A stretch of 64,000 nt of DNA from Planctomycetota bacterium (lineage in GTDB: Bacteria > Planctomycetota > B15-G4): contig JBBQUR010000009.1 of assembly GCA_038212275.1 (NCBI GenBank), positions 1 through 64,000 on the forward strand, written 5' to 3'. A model generated the notes under the pieces. The model was not told the DNA's origin. It was given only the letters and a program-made list of their open reading frames with translations, and searched no databases. The position numbers and the translations under genes are program-made. Below, in pieces: positions 1 to 9,269 of this stretch. Position 1 is the stretch's first letter; each line of letters begins with the position of its first letter.

Positions 1-33
1 CCCCCCCCCCCCCCCCCCCCCCCACCGCGGTGC

Positions 34-69
34 GTGCGGGAGAGCCGTCTCGCGACGACCCTCCCGCAC
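34..69 (-). terminator. GC-rich stem-loop downstream of the 88..2379 gene
   Basis: GTGCGGGAG (34-42) and CTCCCGCAC (61-69) form an inverted repeat with an inner GTC-TCGC-GAC stem, just after the stop codon; no clear U-tract. Confidence 0.5.
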
Positions 70-87
70 CGTGTGCCGAAGCCTTGC

Positions 88-2379
88 TCAGTAGCTGCGG
101 GTGGCTTCGGTCTCCGTGACCGGGCTGGTCAGGTTGGCCGAGGTCAGCTCGACCGCGCACCGCATGTCAGCTGCGCTGTTCGCCTTGCCGACGACCTTGT
201 AGACCGCCTTCGCACCCGGGGCCAGGCTGGCCAGGGGCTGGAAGGTGATCACCTGGCCGGCGTTGGAGAAGGACACCGGACCGCTGGCCGACACGAACGA
301 CATCTCTGCCGGCAGCGTCGCCTTGATCACGATGTTCTGGTCCTGAGCCGAACCCTGATTGGTCACCGTGATCTCGTAGGTCTCGGCGCCGCCGACCTCG
401 ATCGGGTCGGACAAGTCGATGAGCTCGAGCAGCACGGCCGGGATGCCCTGCACGTCCGTGGTGGCCTGAGCGGTCACCTCGGTGGCGCAGTTGCCCTTCA
501 CGGACGCCTTGTTCACCAGGCTGACGGCCTGCGTGGACGAGACGACGCAGGTCACGGTCTTGGTGGCCTTCGGCGCGAGATCGCCGAGGAGCCAGGTGAC
601 CTTGCCCTGGTTGTTGGTGCCGTTGTCCGAAGCACTCACGAAGCGGGCGCCCGCCGGGAGAGTGTCCACGAGGACCGTCTGGGCCGACACGGCATCGCCG
701 GTGTTGGTCACGGTGAGCTCGTAGGTGAACGGACGGCCGATGAACGAAGTGGCCGGAGCCTTCTTCGTGATCGTGAGCACCGGCTGATGAACGACGGTCT
801 TGGCCGATGCATCGGCCTTGAGCCCGCCGTCCGCAGTCGCGGTGGCCTTGTTCGTGTACTCGCCCGTCTTGGCCACCGAGGTCTTGACCGTGTAGGTCTT
901 CGACTCGCCGGCCTTGAGGGTGCCCACGGTGATGTTGAGCGCGTTGCCGCCGCCCTCGGCCGTCATGCCGGCCGGGAGTGCGTCACTGATCTTCACGTTG
1001 TTGGCCACACCGTCGCCGCCGTTCTTCACGACGTACGTGTAGGTGATGCCGTCGCAGAGCAGGACCTCCGCCGGAGCGGTCTTGACCAGGCTGAGCGCCG
1101 GCGCGACCACGACCGTGTCCGCGCAGGACTTGCCCGTCAGGCCGGCCTCTGCGCCAACCTCGGCGCAGTTCGTGAACTTGCCGGTCTTGCTGGCCTTGAC
1201 CGTGACCGCGAGGTCACGCTTGCCGCCGGCATCGATCGTGCCGAGAGCCCAGCTGAGCTTCTGACCGTCCACCTTGGCGGCGGGCGTGCTGGCCACGTAG
1301 ACGATGCCGTCCGGGAGGACGTCGGTCACGACGGTCTCACGCGTGCTGATGTCGGACGTGTTGTCGACCGTGATGCCGTAGGCGAACTGCTCGCCGAGCG
1401 TCGCCTGGGCCGGGGCCGTCTTCTTGATGGAGATCGTCGGGGCGATCCAGGTCTTGGTCATGCCGCCGGCGGCGATGAACTTCTCCGGCTCGCAGCAGTC
1501 CTTGTTGCCCGGGCGCACGATCGAGATGGAGACCGTGTTGGCGCCAGTGACCGGCTTGACCTGCTTCAGCGTGGCAGTTGCCATGCCGTTGCCGTCCGTG
1601 CTGACGGTGGCGAAGTCCTTGCCGCCCGGCTCGAACGTGGCGGCCGGGCCGCCGGTGACCTTGTAGGTCACGAGGTAGCCCGAGAGCGCGGCGCCGTCGG
1701 AGTGCTTGGTGACCGCGGTGGTCAGCTTGTGGTCCGAGCCGACGCGGTTGGTGGCATCGGCGGGCCATGCCCACGACACGTCCATCCAGTTGCGGCTCAC
1801 GAAGGCCTTGTGATTGTCCCAGTTGTGGATGCCCGGGGCGTAGGCGACGACGTCCGTCGTGCCCTCGACCGACGAGGTGATCGACACCCACGTCTGTCCG
1901 GGCTGCAGGATGATGTCGTCGGCCGGGTCGTCGTTGCCCATGTCGAGGACTTCGGGAACGCTGGCGGTGTGCGTGACCGCGAAGGTGTTGGTGAGCTTGT
2001 CACCGAGGCCGGCCTGCGAGTAGCTCGAGACGTCCTTGACGCCGCGCTCGGTGTAGATGCCGTGCTGGTGGACGCCGACGATGGCTCCCACGCCGCCTTC
2101 CGGAATCATCCATTCGACGCGACGACCGCCCAGCGGGTGGTTCTCGGTGTCGGAGACGGTGGCGATCAGGATTTCCTGCGCGCGGACCGGGTTGATGGCC
2201 GTGGCATCGGCCACTGCGATATGCGCCGCATCCGGATCCCAGTTGCCTGCAATGTCGGCGCCGATCAGCGGCTCGACGTTGTGGGTGGGATGGTTGTTCT
2301 CAGGTCCGGCGCAACTGACGATCAGCGCAAGGCCGAGCGCCGCGATGCCGGCACGACGGAAAGACGTCCGCATAAACAT
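88..2379 (-). CDS. DUF11-repeat lipoprotein, OmcB-like (chlamydial 60-kDa cysteine-rich OMP family) with extra N-terminal Ig-like domains
   Basis: Lipoprotein signal MFMRTSFRRAGIAALGLALIVSC; four repeated DUF11-type modules (K-x-x-P...Y-x-I-x-V-x-N-x-G...D-x-LP); C-terminus GIPAVLLELIDLSDPIEVG...PVTETEATRSY resembles OmcB; start moved to ATG 2379 with AGGA upstream. Confidence 0.85.
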   Translation of the reverse strand: MFMRTSFRRAGIAALGLALIVSCAGPENNHPTHNVEPLIGADIAGNWDPDAAHIAVADATAINPVRAQEILIATVSDTENHPLGGRRVEWMIPEGGVGAIVGVHQHGIYTERGVKDVSSYSQAGLGDKLTNTFAVTHTASVPEVLDMGNDDPADDIILQPGQTWVSITSSVEGTTDVVAYAPGIHNWDNHKAFVSRNWMDVSWAWPADATNRVGSDHKLTTAVTKHSDGAALSGYLVTYKVTGGPAATFEPGGKDFATVSTDGNGMATATLKQVKPVTGANTVSISIVRPGNKDCCEPEKFIAAGGMTKTWIAPTISIKKTAPAQATLGEQFAYGITVDNTSDISTRETVVTDVLPDGIVYVASTPAAKVDGQKLSWALGTIDAGGKRDLAVTVKASKTGKFTNCAEVGAEAGLTGKSCADTVVVAPALSLVKTAPAEVLLCDGITYTYVVKNGGDGVANNVKISDALPAGMTAEGGGNALNITVGTLKAGESKTYTVKTSVAKTGEYTNKATATADGGLKADASAKTVVHQPVLTITKKAPATSFIGRPFTYELTVTNTGDAVSAQTVLVDTLPAGARFVSASDNGTNNQGKVTWLLGDLAPKATKTVTCVVSSTQAVSLVNKASVKGNCATEVTAQATTDVQGIPAVLLELIDLSDPIEVGGAETYEITVTNQGSAQDQNIVIKATLPAEMSFVSASGPVSFSNAGQVITFQPLASLAPGAKAVYKVVGKANSAADMRCAVELTSANLTSPVTETEATRSY

Positions 2380-2682
2380 GGAAGTGGTGTGTCCTAGGAA
2401 TGGGAAAGGGAAGGTCGCTTGGAGCGATCGAGAGATGCCTGAGGCAGGTCCCGACCTGCCCGTGTCGTGGTTGCGCGAATCGATGTGGGAAAGTTTCGCG
2501 CCACGATGGAGGGGCGAATGATAAGGAACCGGCTCTGGTGATGCCATGCCCGGGTTTTTTTCCGGATGGCGCCCCGGGCTCTCGCAGAGTTAGAGTCCGC
2601 GGCCTTGCTCGCTGTGCTGCCGGGGCTCGGTCGCGCCGGCTTCCGCCATGGCTGCACCACTCCTGAGTTCGGGGGCTCTCCG

Positions 2683-4239
2683 ATGTCTCGCAAGTTCCTT
2701 GCCGGTCTGATCTTGGCCACGTCTGCCGCCCTGCCCGGCTGCGCCTCCGACGAGGTTTCCAAGGCGGCTCCCGAGGCACCTCAGAAGGCAACCACGGCAC
2801 CGGCGCCGGGCCCAAGCGCCGCTCCTGCAGGTGCCGCTTCGGCCTCCATGGCCTTTCCGACGGGCGACGCCGCAACGAGCGCCATCCTCGTGGAGAAGGT
2901 CGCCCCGGCCGAGGTGCAGGTGGGTGCTCCGCTCGTCTATCAGATCCGCGTCACCAATCTGACCAGCCTCGTGCTTCAGAACGTGCTGGTCACGGACCAC
3001 CTGCCCGCGGGCTTCCGACTCACGGGAACCCAGCCCGCGGCCCAGAACGGTGGCTCGGGCGCCGCCTCCGAGAGCCTGCGCTGGAGCCTCGAGACGATGG
3101 CTCCCCGCGCAGTGCGCACCATCGAGGTCAGCGGCGTGGCAACGGGCCCGGGTGTTCTGACCTCCTGCGCCGAGGTCACCTACAACACCTCGCTCTGCGT
3201 GAGCACCAAGGTCATCGAGCCGCGGCTCGAACTGGTGAAGACCGGCCCGGCCGAGGTCCTCGCCTGCGATCCGATTCCGTATCGCTTCGTGGTCAGCAAC
3301 AAGGGCACCGGCCCGGCCCGCAACGTCACGGTGAGGGATGACCTGCCCGAAGGCCTCGTCACGAAGGACGGACTGAAGTCCTTCGCACTCGACATGGGGA
3401 CTATTCCGGCCGGAGAGGCGCGCGAAGCCACGGTCGCCGTGCAGGCCCAGAAGGCGGGCACGTTCACCAACAAGGCCTCCGCCACGGGCGAGGGCGGCCT
3501 GAAGGCCGAGTCCGGCACGGTGTCCACGCACGTGACGCAGCCGGTCCTGACGCTGGTCAAGGACGGCCCCAAGAAGGTCTTCGCAGGCCGCGACATCACC
3601 TATTCGATCATCGTGACCAACACGGGTGACGGCATCGCGCGCGACGTGATCCTCGAGGACCAGGTCCCGGCCGGCCTCACGGTGGCCAGCGCCACGGATG
3701 GCGCGCGCCAGAGCGGTGGCAAGGTGCAGTGGTTGCTCGGCAACCTCGAACCCCGCGGCAGCAAGCGCGTGGAGCTGACCATGCGCGGCGGCGCCATCGG
3801 TACGGTGCGCAACTCGGCCACCGCGCAGGCCTACTGCGCCAAGGCCGTGGCGGCGGTCGCCGAGACCGAGATCACCGGCATCGCGGCCGTCCTGCTCGAG
3901 GTCGTGGACCTTGCGGACCCGATCGAGGTGGGCGGCAACGAGACCTACGTGATCACCGTCACCAACCAGGGCACCGCGACGGACAGCGACATCGCCATCA
4001 CCTGCACGCTGGATGAAGGCATGCAGTTCGTCTCCGGCACGGGTCCGACGACGGCCACCGCGAGTGGCCGCACCGTGACCTTCGTCCCGCTGGCCTCGCT
4101 GCCCGCTGGCACCAAGGTCTCGTGGAACGTGATCGTGAAGGCCGTCACCGAGGGCGACAAGCGCTTCGGTGTCTCGATGAACACCAAGCAGCTCACGCGC
4201 TCGGTGGACGAGACCGAGGCGACCAACTTCTACAACTGA
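2683..4239 (+). CDS. DUF11-repeat lipoprotein, OmcB-like
   Basis: Signal MSRKFLAGLILATSAALPGC; four DUF11 modules; C-terminus GIAAVLLEVVDLADPIEVG...SVDETEATNFYN; clear paralog of the divergent gene. Confidence 0.88.
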   Translation: MSRKFLAGLILATSAALPGCASDEVSKAAPEAPQKATTAPAPGPSAAPAGAASASMAFPTGDAATSAILVEKVAPAEVQVGAPLVYQIRVTNLTSLVLQNVLVTDHLPAGFRLTGTQPAAQNGGSGAASESLRWSLETMAPRAVRTIEVSGVATGPGVLTSCAEVTYNTSLCVSTKVIEPRLELVKTGPAEVLACDPIPYRFVVSNKGTGPARNVTVRDDLPEGLVTKDGLKSFALDMGTIPAGEAREATVAVQAQKAGTFTNKASATGEGGLKAESGTVSTHVTQPVLTLVKDGPKKVFAGRDITYSIIVTNTGDGIARDVILEDQVPAGLTVASATDGARQSGGKVQWLLGNLEPRGSKRVELTMRGGAIGTVRNSATAQAYCAKAVAAVAETEITGIAAVLLEVVDLADPIEVGGNETYVITVTNQGTATDSDIAITCTLDEGMQFVSGTGPTTATASGRTVTFVPLASLPAGTKVSWNVIVKAVTEGDKRFGVSMNTKQLTRSVDETEATNFYN

Positions 4240-4296
4240 TCGCTCAGGGCCGGCGCCCGCGATGGAAGTCGCGGCCGCCGGCGCCGGGACTCACGA

Positions 4297-4336
4297 CGCC
4301 GCGTCGCGCGTGCCGAAGGGTGCGCGCGACGCGGCG
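4297..4336. terminator. Strong hairpin between convergent genes (possible bidirectional terminator)
   Basis: Perfect 14-bp arms CGCCGCGTCGCGCG / CGCGCGACGCGGCG; loop region reads C-TTCG-G on the minus strand. Confidence 0.6.
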
Positions 4337-4373
4337 CCGTTCCGGAGTGCGCCGAAGGTGCCGGCTGCGTGAT

Positions 4374-5876
4374 TCAGCCGGCTGGCTGCAGCACCTCGCG
4401 CAGGATCGACAGCACCTGCTGCACGTCGGCATCGCTGAAGGTGAGCGCGGGGCGGAAGCGCATGGAGCGTGTGCCGCAGGCCAGCGTCGCGAGGCCGGCG
4501 TCCCAGCAGCGGGTGCGCAGCGCGTTGCGCTGCGCGGCGTCCGGCAGGTCCACGGCGAGCATGAGGCCGCGGCCGCGCACGTTCGTGACCACGGGAAAGT
4601 CGGCCGCGAGCTGCTCGAGGCCGGCCCTGAAGCCCGCGCCGACACAGGCTGCGCTGGCGACGAGCTGCTCGTCGCGGATGATCTGCAGGTAGCGAGCGCT
4701 GCGCACCATGTCCACGAGGTTGCCGCCCCAGGTGGAGTTGATGCGCGAGCTGACGTGGAAGACGTTGGTCGGCACCGTGTCGATGCGCGCCGTGCTCATG
4801 AAGCCGCACACCTGCGTCTTCTTGCCGAAACAGACGAGGTCCGGCGTCACGCCAAGCTGCTGGAAGGCCCACATCGTGCCGGTGGCGCCGATGCCGGTCT
4901 GCACTTCATCGAAGATGAGGAGCGCATCGCGTTCGTCCGCGATGCGGCGCAGCGCGGCCAGGAACTCCGGCCGGAAGTGGTTGTCGCCGCCCTCGCCCTG
5001 AATGGGCTCGACGAGGATGGCCGCGATGCCGTTCGGGTCGGCCGCAAAGGCGGCTTCGATCTCGCGCAGCGACTGCGCTTCGGCGGCGAGCACCTCGGCA
5101 TGCGCCGTAGCCTGTTCGGCAGCGCTGGCGCGCGGCCCCGGGAAGCGCAGTTTCGGATTGCTGACGCGCGGCCAGTCGAACTTCGGGAAGTCCGCGGTCT
5201 TCACGGCATCCGTGTTCGTGACGGAGAGCGTGTAGCCCGAGCGACCGTGGAAGGCCTCGCGGAAGTGCAGGATCCTGTCGCCGCCGCTTCCGCCGTCGCG
5301 CCCGGTCACGCCGCGCGCGCGGTTGCGATGCGCCTTCCAGTCGAATGCTGCCTTCATGGCATTCTCGACCGCGAGTGCGCCGCCCGCGACGAGGAAGAGG
5401 TGGATGAAGTCCGCGGGCATCGCGACCTCGCGGAAGGTCTGCACGAAGGCGGCGAACTCCTGCGTGTACACGTCGCTGTTGGCCGGATTGGAAAGCGCGG
5501 CGCGCAGCAGCGAGGCGCGGAAGCCCGCATGCTCCATGCCCGGGTGGTTGTGCCCGATGGGCAGTGACGCGAAGTAGCTGTAGCAGTCGAGGTAGCGCTT
5601 GCCCTCGCGTGCGCCGACCATCACCGAACCGCGCGAGCGCTCCAGGTCGACGACGATGTGGAAACCGTCCACGAGCAGGGTCTGCTTGAGCAGCGGAAAC
5701 ACGTCGTTCGGCGGCACGGTGATGTCCGGGCCGATGGCGCCGGCCGGCGTGCCGGCGGCCGCCGCGGAGGGCGACGACGGCGACGCAGCGGCGAAGGGTT
5801 TGGCGGTGGGCGCAGCACCGGCCGGGGCGGCGGGCTGGCCCGGGATGGAGGACGGGGAGGAGTCGGTGCGGTTCAT
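4374..5876 (-). CDS. lat: L-lysine 6-transaminase (class III PLP aminotransferase)
   Basis: GGALAVENAMKAAFDWK, AFHGRSGYTLS, EPIQGEGGDNHF, FDEVQTG, FGKKTQVCG and SRINSTWGG motifs typical of LAT; Ala/Pro-rich N-terminal extension. Confidence 0.9.
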   Translation of the reverse strand: MNRTDSSPSSIPGQPAAPAGAAPTAKPFAAASPSSPSAAAAGTPAGAIGPDITVPPNDVFPLLKQTLLVDGFHIVVDLERSRGSVMVGAREGKRYLDCYSYFASLPIGHNHPGMEHAGFRASLLRAALSNPANSDVYTQEFAAFVQTFREVAMPADFIHLFLVAGGALAVENAMKAAFDWKAHRNRARGVTGRDGGSGGDRILHFREAFHGRSGYTLSVTNTDAVKTADFPKFDWPRVSNPKLRFPGPRASAAEQATAHAEVLAAEAQSLREIEAAFAADPNGIAAILVEPIQGEGGDNHFRPEFLAALRRIADERDALLIFDEVQTGIGATGTMWAFQQLGVTPDLVCFGKKTQVCGFMSTARIDTVPTNVFHVSSRINSTWGGNLVDMVRSARYLQIIRDEQLVASAACVGAGFRAGLEQLAADFPVVTNVRGRGLMLAVDLPDAAQRNALRTRCWDAGLATLACGTRSMRFRPALTFSDADVQQVLSILREVLQPAG

Positions 5877-6269
5877 GGAAGGCCTTTCGTCGGCGCAGCG
5901 TTTCGAGCGGCGCGGGAGGGACCGGGAGCGGGCTCCGGTCAGCGGGATGCGTGAGAAGGGGGCGGGGAGCCGACCGGGCGATGTTCCGGGCGGGAGCGGC
6001 GCCGGTCAGGGCGCGCGGGCGGGCGGCGGTCGGCTGGCCCCGGCCGCGACGCGGCGGAGGCGGGCGCCGACGGCGCTCAGCGGCGGTTCGGGGGGGCGAA
6101 GAGGCCCGGGCGCTCCTGCTGCGGCGCGCGCGGCGAGGTCCGTCCGGAGACGGCGGTCGTCAGCGTGTCGTGCGGCAGCATGGGGCGGTCTCGGGCATTC
6201 GTTCCGGGGCTCCGGAGTATAGCCGGGCCGCGCCACCGGCCGCGCACGGCGGTAGCACCAGCTCCCGCC

Positions 6270-6349
6270 GGCTCGCCAACACGCCGGTGGGCTCGCCAAC
6301 ACGCCGGCGGGCTCGCGAACGGTGCCGCTGGCTCGCGAATGGCGAGAGC
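6270..6349. repeat. Four 20-bp-period direct repeats (GGCTCGC[C/G]AA core) in the lat/gpx divergent intergenic region
   Basis: ggctcgccaacacgccggtg, ggctcgccaacacgccggcg, ggctcgcgaacggtgccgct, ggctcgcgaatggcgagagc. Confidence 0.85.
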
Positions 6350-6510
6350 CACCCCGGGAATCGGTGCCGCCGCAGGGAAGCCGCCAGCCTTGGCCCGAAA
6401 CAGGCGCTAACGTAGGCGCCCAGTCGGCACCTTCCGCCGGCCCCTGTCTCCGCCGCGCGCCTCGGGGCGCGGGGCCCGGCGGTGTCGCCTCGATTCCCTG
6501 GAGTTTCCCC

Positions 6511-7191
6511 ATGCGCCATGCCCTGACCCGCCTCGTGCTTCCGCTCGTGATCGCTGCCGTCGGCGCGCCGGGCTGCACCTCGCACGAGTCCGGCCCGTTC
6601 ACGTACACGATCGACGGCGGGCATCCCGCCGAGTCCGCCACCGCATCCACGACCGAGAACCCGACCACGAAGGAGGAGCCCATGACGTCCACCGCCCCGT
6701 CCCCGCTGCCCGCGAGCTTTCACGCCCTGAAGACCAGCACGCTCGATGGCAAGCCGGCCAACCTCGGCGACTACAAGGGCAAGGTGCTGCTCGTCGTGAA
6801 CACGGCGAGCGAGTGCGGCCTCACGCCGCAGTACGCCGGCCTCGAGAAGCTGCACGAGGAGCTGAAGGCGAAGAACTTCACGGTGCTCGGCTTCCCGAGC
6901 AACGACTTCGGCGGCCAGGAGCCCGGCACGCCGGAGCAGATCCAGACCTTCTGCAGCACGAAGTACAGCGTGACCTTCCCGCTGTTCAACAAGGTGCAGA
7001 CCAAGGCCGGCGAGGGCCAGTCGCCGATCTACACCTGGCTCAATGACAAAACCGGCTCGCTTCCACGCTGGAACTTCGGCAAGTACGTGATCGGCAAGGA
7101 CGGCACGACCGTCGCGTTCTTCGACAGCAAGGTCGAGCCGAACGACCCTGCGTTGCGTGCCGCGATCGACAAGGCGCTCGCAGCGAACTGA
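6511..7191 (+). CDS. Glutathione peroxidase family protein (Cys form) with putative lipoprotein leader; alternative start at 6682
   Basis: GKVLLVVNTASECGLTPQY, VLGFPSNDFGGQEPG and RWNFGKY motifs; leader MRHALTRLVLPLVIAAVGAPGC; AGGAGG at 6671-6676 before the internal ATG. Confidence 0.92.
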   Translation: MRHALTRLVLPLVIAAVGAPGCTSHESGPFTYTIDGGHPAESATASTTENPTTKEEPMTSTAPSPLPASFHALKTSTLDGKPANLGDYKGKVLLVVNTASECGLTPQYAGLEKLHEELKAKNFTVLGFPSNDFGGQEPGTPEQIQTFCSTKYSVTFPLFNKVQTKAGEGQSPIYTWLNDKTGSLPRWNFGKYVIGKDGTTVAFFDSKVEPNDPALRAAIDKALAAN

Positions 7192-7252
7192 TCAAGCCGA
7201 AGAACTTCACCGCCCCCGGAGCCGCGTCGCGCGCTCCGGAGGCGGCGTGCTC

Positions 7253-8650
7253 TTACGCTGCGTCGATTCCGAACCACGCTGCGACTTGCCGAGGGTCCTC
7301 GGAGATTTCTTCAGCGAAGCGTGGCACCTCGAATCGGATCAGCTCAAGTACGTAGTCGGATGGAGCAGCCTTGAGGAAGCCGCCGAGGCGAGCGCACGCT
7401 GATCGGAAGCCGGCGCGGTTCTTGAGGTGACAGTGCGCAACGGCCAAGTTGAAGAGCAACTGCCAGTTGTTGGGTTGGTCCTGAAGGATCTGTTCGCCAA
7501 GCGAGATTGCTTCGATGTGTTTGTCCTGCTTGGTCAGTGCGAGCATGAGATTCACCTGCCCATGCACACGCATCTCCGCAGGCAGGGGCCGAGCGAGGAG
7601 TGCCCGAAGCTGGGTCTCGGCGCGATCGGGATGTCGCCTGAACATGTGTATTTGAGAGATGCAGAGCGCATGCCGCGGCGTGGCGCCCTCCAATCTTTCC
7701 AGCACCCGCAGGCAACTGGCGGCGGCGCGCAACGCTTCTGAAGGCGAAGGCGCCTCTGATGGAACTCCGGTCAGGTCCACCGGAGCGGGGGCCGTCTCGC
7801 GGTGTCGCACCAGGTGCCGCAGTTCTCGCGCGACAAGCGGCGTCTCGCGCGGCTCGACGACGCACTGGATGCGACGCTGAATGTTGGGCACTTGCATGAG
7901 GGATGCCTTTGCCAGTTCGTAGGCGAGGTCCGCGAGGCGGCTCATGCCGTACGTCTGCTCGGACGGCGATCCATCCGTGTTCGTCATGGTGACGGCGTGT
8001 GCAGCAATGGCGGCAGCGAGGCGAACTCGCGCCTTGCGGATTCGACGCAGCGCCATCGGCTCGCGAAGCCCTGTCCTGCGTGCGATTTCCCCGGGCGGCA
8101 CGAGATCGACGTCTGCCGCCAGCAGCAGGAGTCGATCGTCGGTACTCAGGTCGTGAAAGGCGTGATTCACGACGACCAGGAAGTGGTCTCCGACTTGCCT
8201 CGAACCGGCGAGAGCGCGCACGTGCCCATGCGCATCGACGGGCAGGAGATCGGGGCGTGGCTCGCCACGGGCTGTGGCAGCGCGCAGTGATTCGAGGCGC
8301 TGCGCAGCGAGTCGGCGCATCGCGGCCTCAGCGGCGCCCAGCACATCGGGCTCGTCAACGGCCGGATTGCGCAGGTCAGTGAATACCTCGGCCAGGTGAT
8401 CGGCTAGGAGCTGGGTCGCGGGAAGTGCGAGTCCGAGTTCCCGCGTGAGCGAGTGGGCGACTGGCAGCAGCGGTGCTTCAAGTAGCAGTATCAACCTGCG
8501 GAATGCATCCAGGTCATTCGACTGAAGAAAATGCAGGCGCAGACGGCGTGCCTCGCGATTCACGTCGGCACGATTTGTCGCAGACGGACGACTTGACCCT
8601 GGCTCCAGGTGCTCGTGATCCGGTTCGCTGTCCAACCCTGAATCCGTCAT
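7253..8650 (-). CDS. Fused divergent ECF-sigma-like protein with C-terminal TPR-like domain
   Basis: N-half aligns with 10251..10970 (region-4-like LSTDDRLLLLAADVD...IARRTGL...RRIRKARVRL); C-half aligns with residues ~93-320 of 9259..10254 (ADLAYELAKA...NLAVAH...FEVPRFA). Confidence 0.7.
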   Translation of the reverse strand: MTDSGLDSEPDHEHLEPGSSRPSATNRADVNREARRLRLHFLQSNDLDAFRRLILLLEAPLLPVAHSLTRELGLALPATQLLADHLAEVFTDLRNPAVDEPDVLGAAEAAMRRLAAQRLESLRAATARGEPRPDLLPVDAHGHVRALAGSRQVGDHFLVVVNHAFHDLSTDDRLLLLAADVDLVPPGEIARRTGLREPMALRRIRKARVRLAAAIAAHAVTMTNTDGSPSEQTYGMSRLADLAYELAKASLMQVPNIQRRIQCVVEPRETPLVARELRHLVRHRETAPAPVDLTGVPSEAPSPSEALRAAASCLRVLERLEGATPRHALCISQIHMFRRHPDRAETQLRALLARPLPAEMRVHGQVNLMLALTKQDKHIEAISLGEQILQDQPNNWQLLFNLAVAHCHLKNRAGFRSACARLGGFLKAAPSDYVLELIRFEVPRFAEEISEDPRQVAAWFGIDAA

Positions 8651-8733
8651 CGTGGAATCGCCATAGTGGCCGCGCGATGTCCTTTCGCACGACGCGACTG
8701 CCGCGTCAGCGTCAGGGCGTGCGGCGCAAGACG

Positions 8734-8763
8734 ACAATAGGTCCGAGGGCGGCTTGAGGTCAA
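8734..8763 (-). promoter_or_regulatory. sigma70-like promoter for the fused sigma-TPR gene
   Basis: TTGACC-N18-TATTGT on the minus strand, about 84 nt upstream of ATG 8650; same geometry as the promoter at 11056-11085. Confidence 0.6.
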
Positions 8764-8840
8764 GTCGGGCTCGGAGCAGTCGTACAGGTCGCCACTCGGC
8801 CGCGGGATGGTCGTTGTACCGACCGGTGACTACTTCAAGG

Positions 8841-9269
8841 TCAGGGCACGATGATCAGGACCGACTGGCCCGCGATCACACTGATCCCCGCGACGTTCTC
8901 GTCCGGCAGTGCCAACTCCAGATTCGGCAACTTCGGAAGATCCACGACGAAGAGACCATTCTCATCGGTGACCGCCACTCCCACGACGCCAATCGCCGGA
9001 TGCGTCACGACGACAAGCGTGCCGGCGATGACGGCACGCTGCGCGTCGAGCACCTGGCCAAGCGTGGGAGTCACGAACTGCTGAACAATCCCCACGTGCG
9101 TACTCGGCGGCCCGACGAAGGGCAGGACGCCGCCTCCGTCGGGGCCAGCTGATTTCTTGCGCGGATTGCTACTGCTCTGAATGCTTCCGGCGATGATGCT
9201 CGCCGAGACAGCCACGAGCGCAAGCAAGACCGTCAGTGGTTTCAGTCTGCGTGATTTCTCAGGATGCAT
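8841..9269 (-). CDS. Small exported or membrane-anchored protein with one carboxypeptidase-regulatory-like beta-sandwich
   Basis: AAGGAG RBS; hydrophobic N-terminus LTVLLALVAVSASIIAG; GQVLDAQRAVIAGTLVVV...AVTDENGLFVVDLP motif; start overlaps the end of the upstream gene. Confidence 0.7.
   Translation of the reverse strand: MHPEKSRRLKPLTVLLALVAVSASIIAGSIQSSSNPRKKSAGPDGGGVLPFVGPPSTHVGIVQQFVTPTLGQVLDAQRAVIAGTLVVVTHPAIGVVGVAVTDENGLFVVDLPKLPNLELALPDENVAGISVIAGQSVLIIVP

Noticed and set aside
1..23. Poly-C run at the window start
   Set aside because: A homopolymer at the sequence edge is most likely a sequencing or assembly artefact (poly-G tail on the other strand)
34..2397. Long antisense or alternate-frame ORFs (e.g. 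34..2397, 9643..11712, 11854..13743, 17595..20807, 55760..59032) and long N-terminal extensions of real genes (17364..22877, 36862..40695, 48699..52418, 58964..62218)
   Set aside because: Arg/Ala/Gly-rich shadow frames expected at about 70% GC; they overlap well-supported genes and lack motifs
6270..6349. Possible CRISPR array (also considered for 46685-46744, 35080-35184 and the 48698/62347 palindromes)
   Set aside because: Units are contiguous without unique 30-40 bp spacers, or are only two distant copies; no cas genes
6810..6850. Selenocysteine in the glutathione peroxidase or the tandem thioredoxin
   Set aside because: The active-site codons are Cys (TGC/TGT); no in-frame TGA
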